Positions 63,663 to 64,000 of a stretch of DNA of 64,000 nt are shown piece after piece. The stretch is from assembly GCA_020059585.1 (NCBI GenBank), contig JAGVBU010000012.1, forward strand, positions 11,079-75,078, given 5' to 3'. Origin of the DNA: Minisyncoccota bacterium. Its GTDB lineage: Bacteria > Patescibacteriota > Minisyncoccia > UBA6257 > GWB1-50-10. The translations under genes and the position numbers were made by a program. Below the pieces are notes generated by a model. It was not told where the DNA came from and did not search any database. It saw only the letters and a list, made by a program, of their open reading frames with translations. Positions within the stretch are counted from its first letter, which is position 1; each line of letters begins with the position of its first letter.

Positions 63663-63998
63663 TTACAAAAAATGGAAAAATCTTCTATCAGTTACTCTTC
63701 CATGAATTATTGAGATCCCCTCTTTTTTCAGTATGGATATTTTTCGCGCTTCTCCGCGCGCGTATCCCCCAACTCTTCCATCGGAACGTATCACCCTATG
63801 ACACGGAACTGACGCGCTCCTGTTTTTGTTCAGCGCGTTTCCCACCGCCCGCGCGGCGCGGGGAGATCCTACAACTCTGGCAATATTTTTATACGTCGCC
63901 ACCTTTCCTCGGGGGATTTTTCTGGCTGCGCGGAAAACGCATTCGTGGAAATCCTCCGGAACTCGCCCTCCCGCCGCTTCTTTTTTGTATTGCGTCAT
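63663..63998 (-). CDS. ogt: Methylated-DNA-protein-cysteine methyltransferase (Ogt/MGMT) DNA-binding domain protein
   Basis: PCHRVI active-site motif with conserved Cys; GGYARG downstream. Confidence 0.75.
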   Translation of the reverse strand: MTQYKKEAAGGRVPEDFHECVFRAARKIPRGKVATYKNIARVVGSPRAARAVGNALNKNRSASVPCHRVIRSDGRVGGYARGEARKISILKKEGISIIHGRVTDRRFFHFL

Positions 63999-64000
63999 AT

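Overview
This window is mostly housekeeping genes from a small, fairly AT-rich bacterial genome. The gene content suggests a CPR/Patescibacteria-like organism, but that placement is inference. Core genes include ftsA-ftsZ, ybeY, rpsU with a yqeY-like gene, hisS, lepB, pth, rplU, nadK, ddl, dut, cca, recG, alr, hup, rny, gpmI, secG, rnj, trpS, ileS, argS, smpB and infC-rpmI-rplT. There are 11 tRNA genes and one tmRNA.

Three things stand out.

1. Genomic island at 54.1-60.1 kb. It is inserted at the 3' end of the tmRNA (ssrA) gene, which sits next to smpB. A large serine recombinase gene overlaps the tmRNA 3' end by 62 nt. The island carries a candidate retron: a reverse transcriptase with retron-type motifs (YADD, RVTGL) fused to a C-terminal trypsin-like serine-protease domain. 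A perfect 16-nt inverted repeat (a1/a2-like) flanks a ~96-nt structured spacer immediately upstream of that RT, consistent with an msr/msd ncRNA. A co-oriented 299-aa protein of unknown function lies just upstream. This is the best candidate for an undescribed defence system in the window.

2. Structured elements at tRNA loci. At six tRNA loci (Thr, Ala, Pro-CGG, Lys, Arg, Pro-TGG) the complete minus-strand tRNA is followed by a hairpin terminator and then a 130-170 nt GC-rich structured element. Each element ends in a short duplicate (9-34 nt) of that tRNA's own 3' end. The elements at the two tRNA-Pro loci share a ~130-nt core that is about 93% identical. These may be att-site remnants (miniature integrative or CIME-like elements), or they may be tRNA-linked ncRNAs.

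3. Domain insertion in IleRS. The isoleucyl-tRNA synthetase carries a ~190-aa histidine-phosphatase (PGAM-like, RHGE...THDG) domain inserted between the editing/catalytic core and the DVWFDSG region.

No CRISPR arrays and no rRNA genes were seen.
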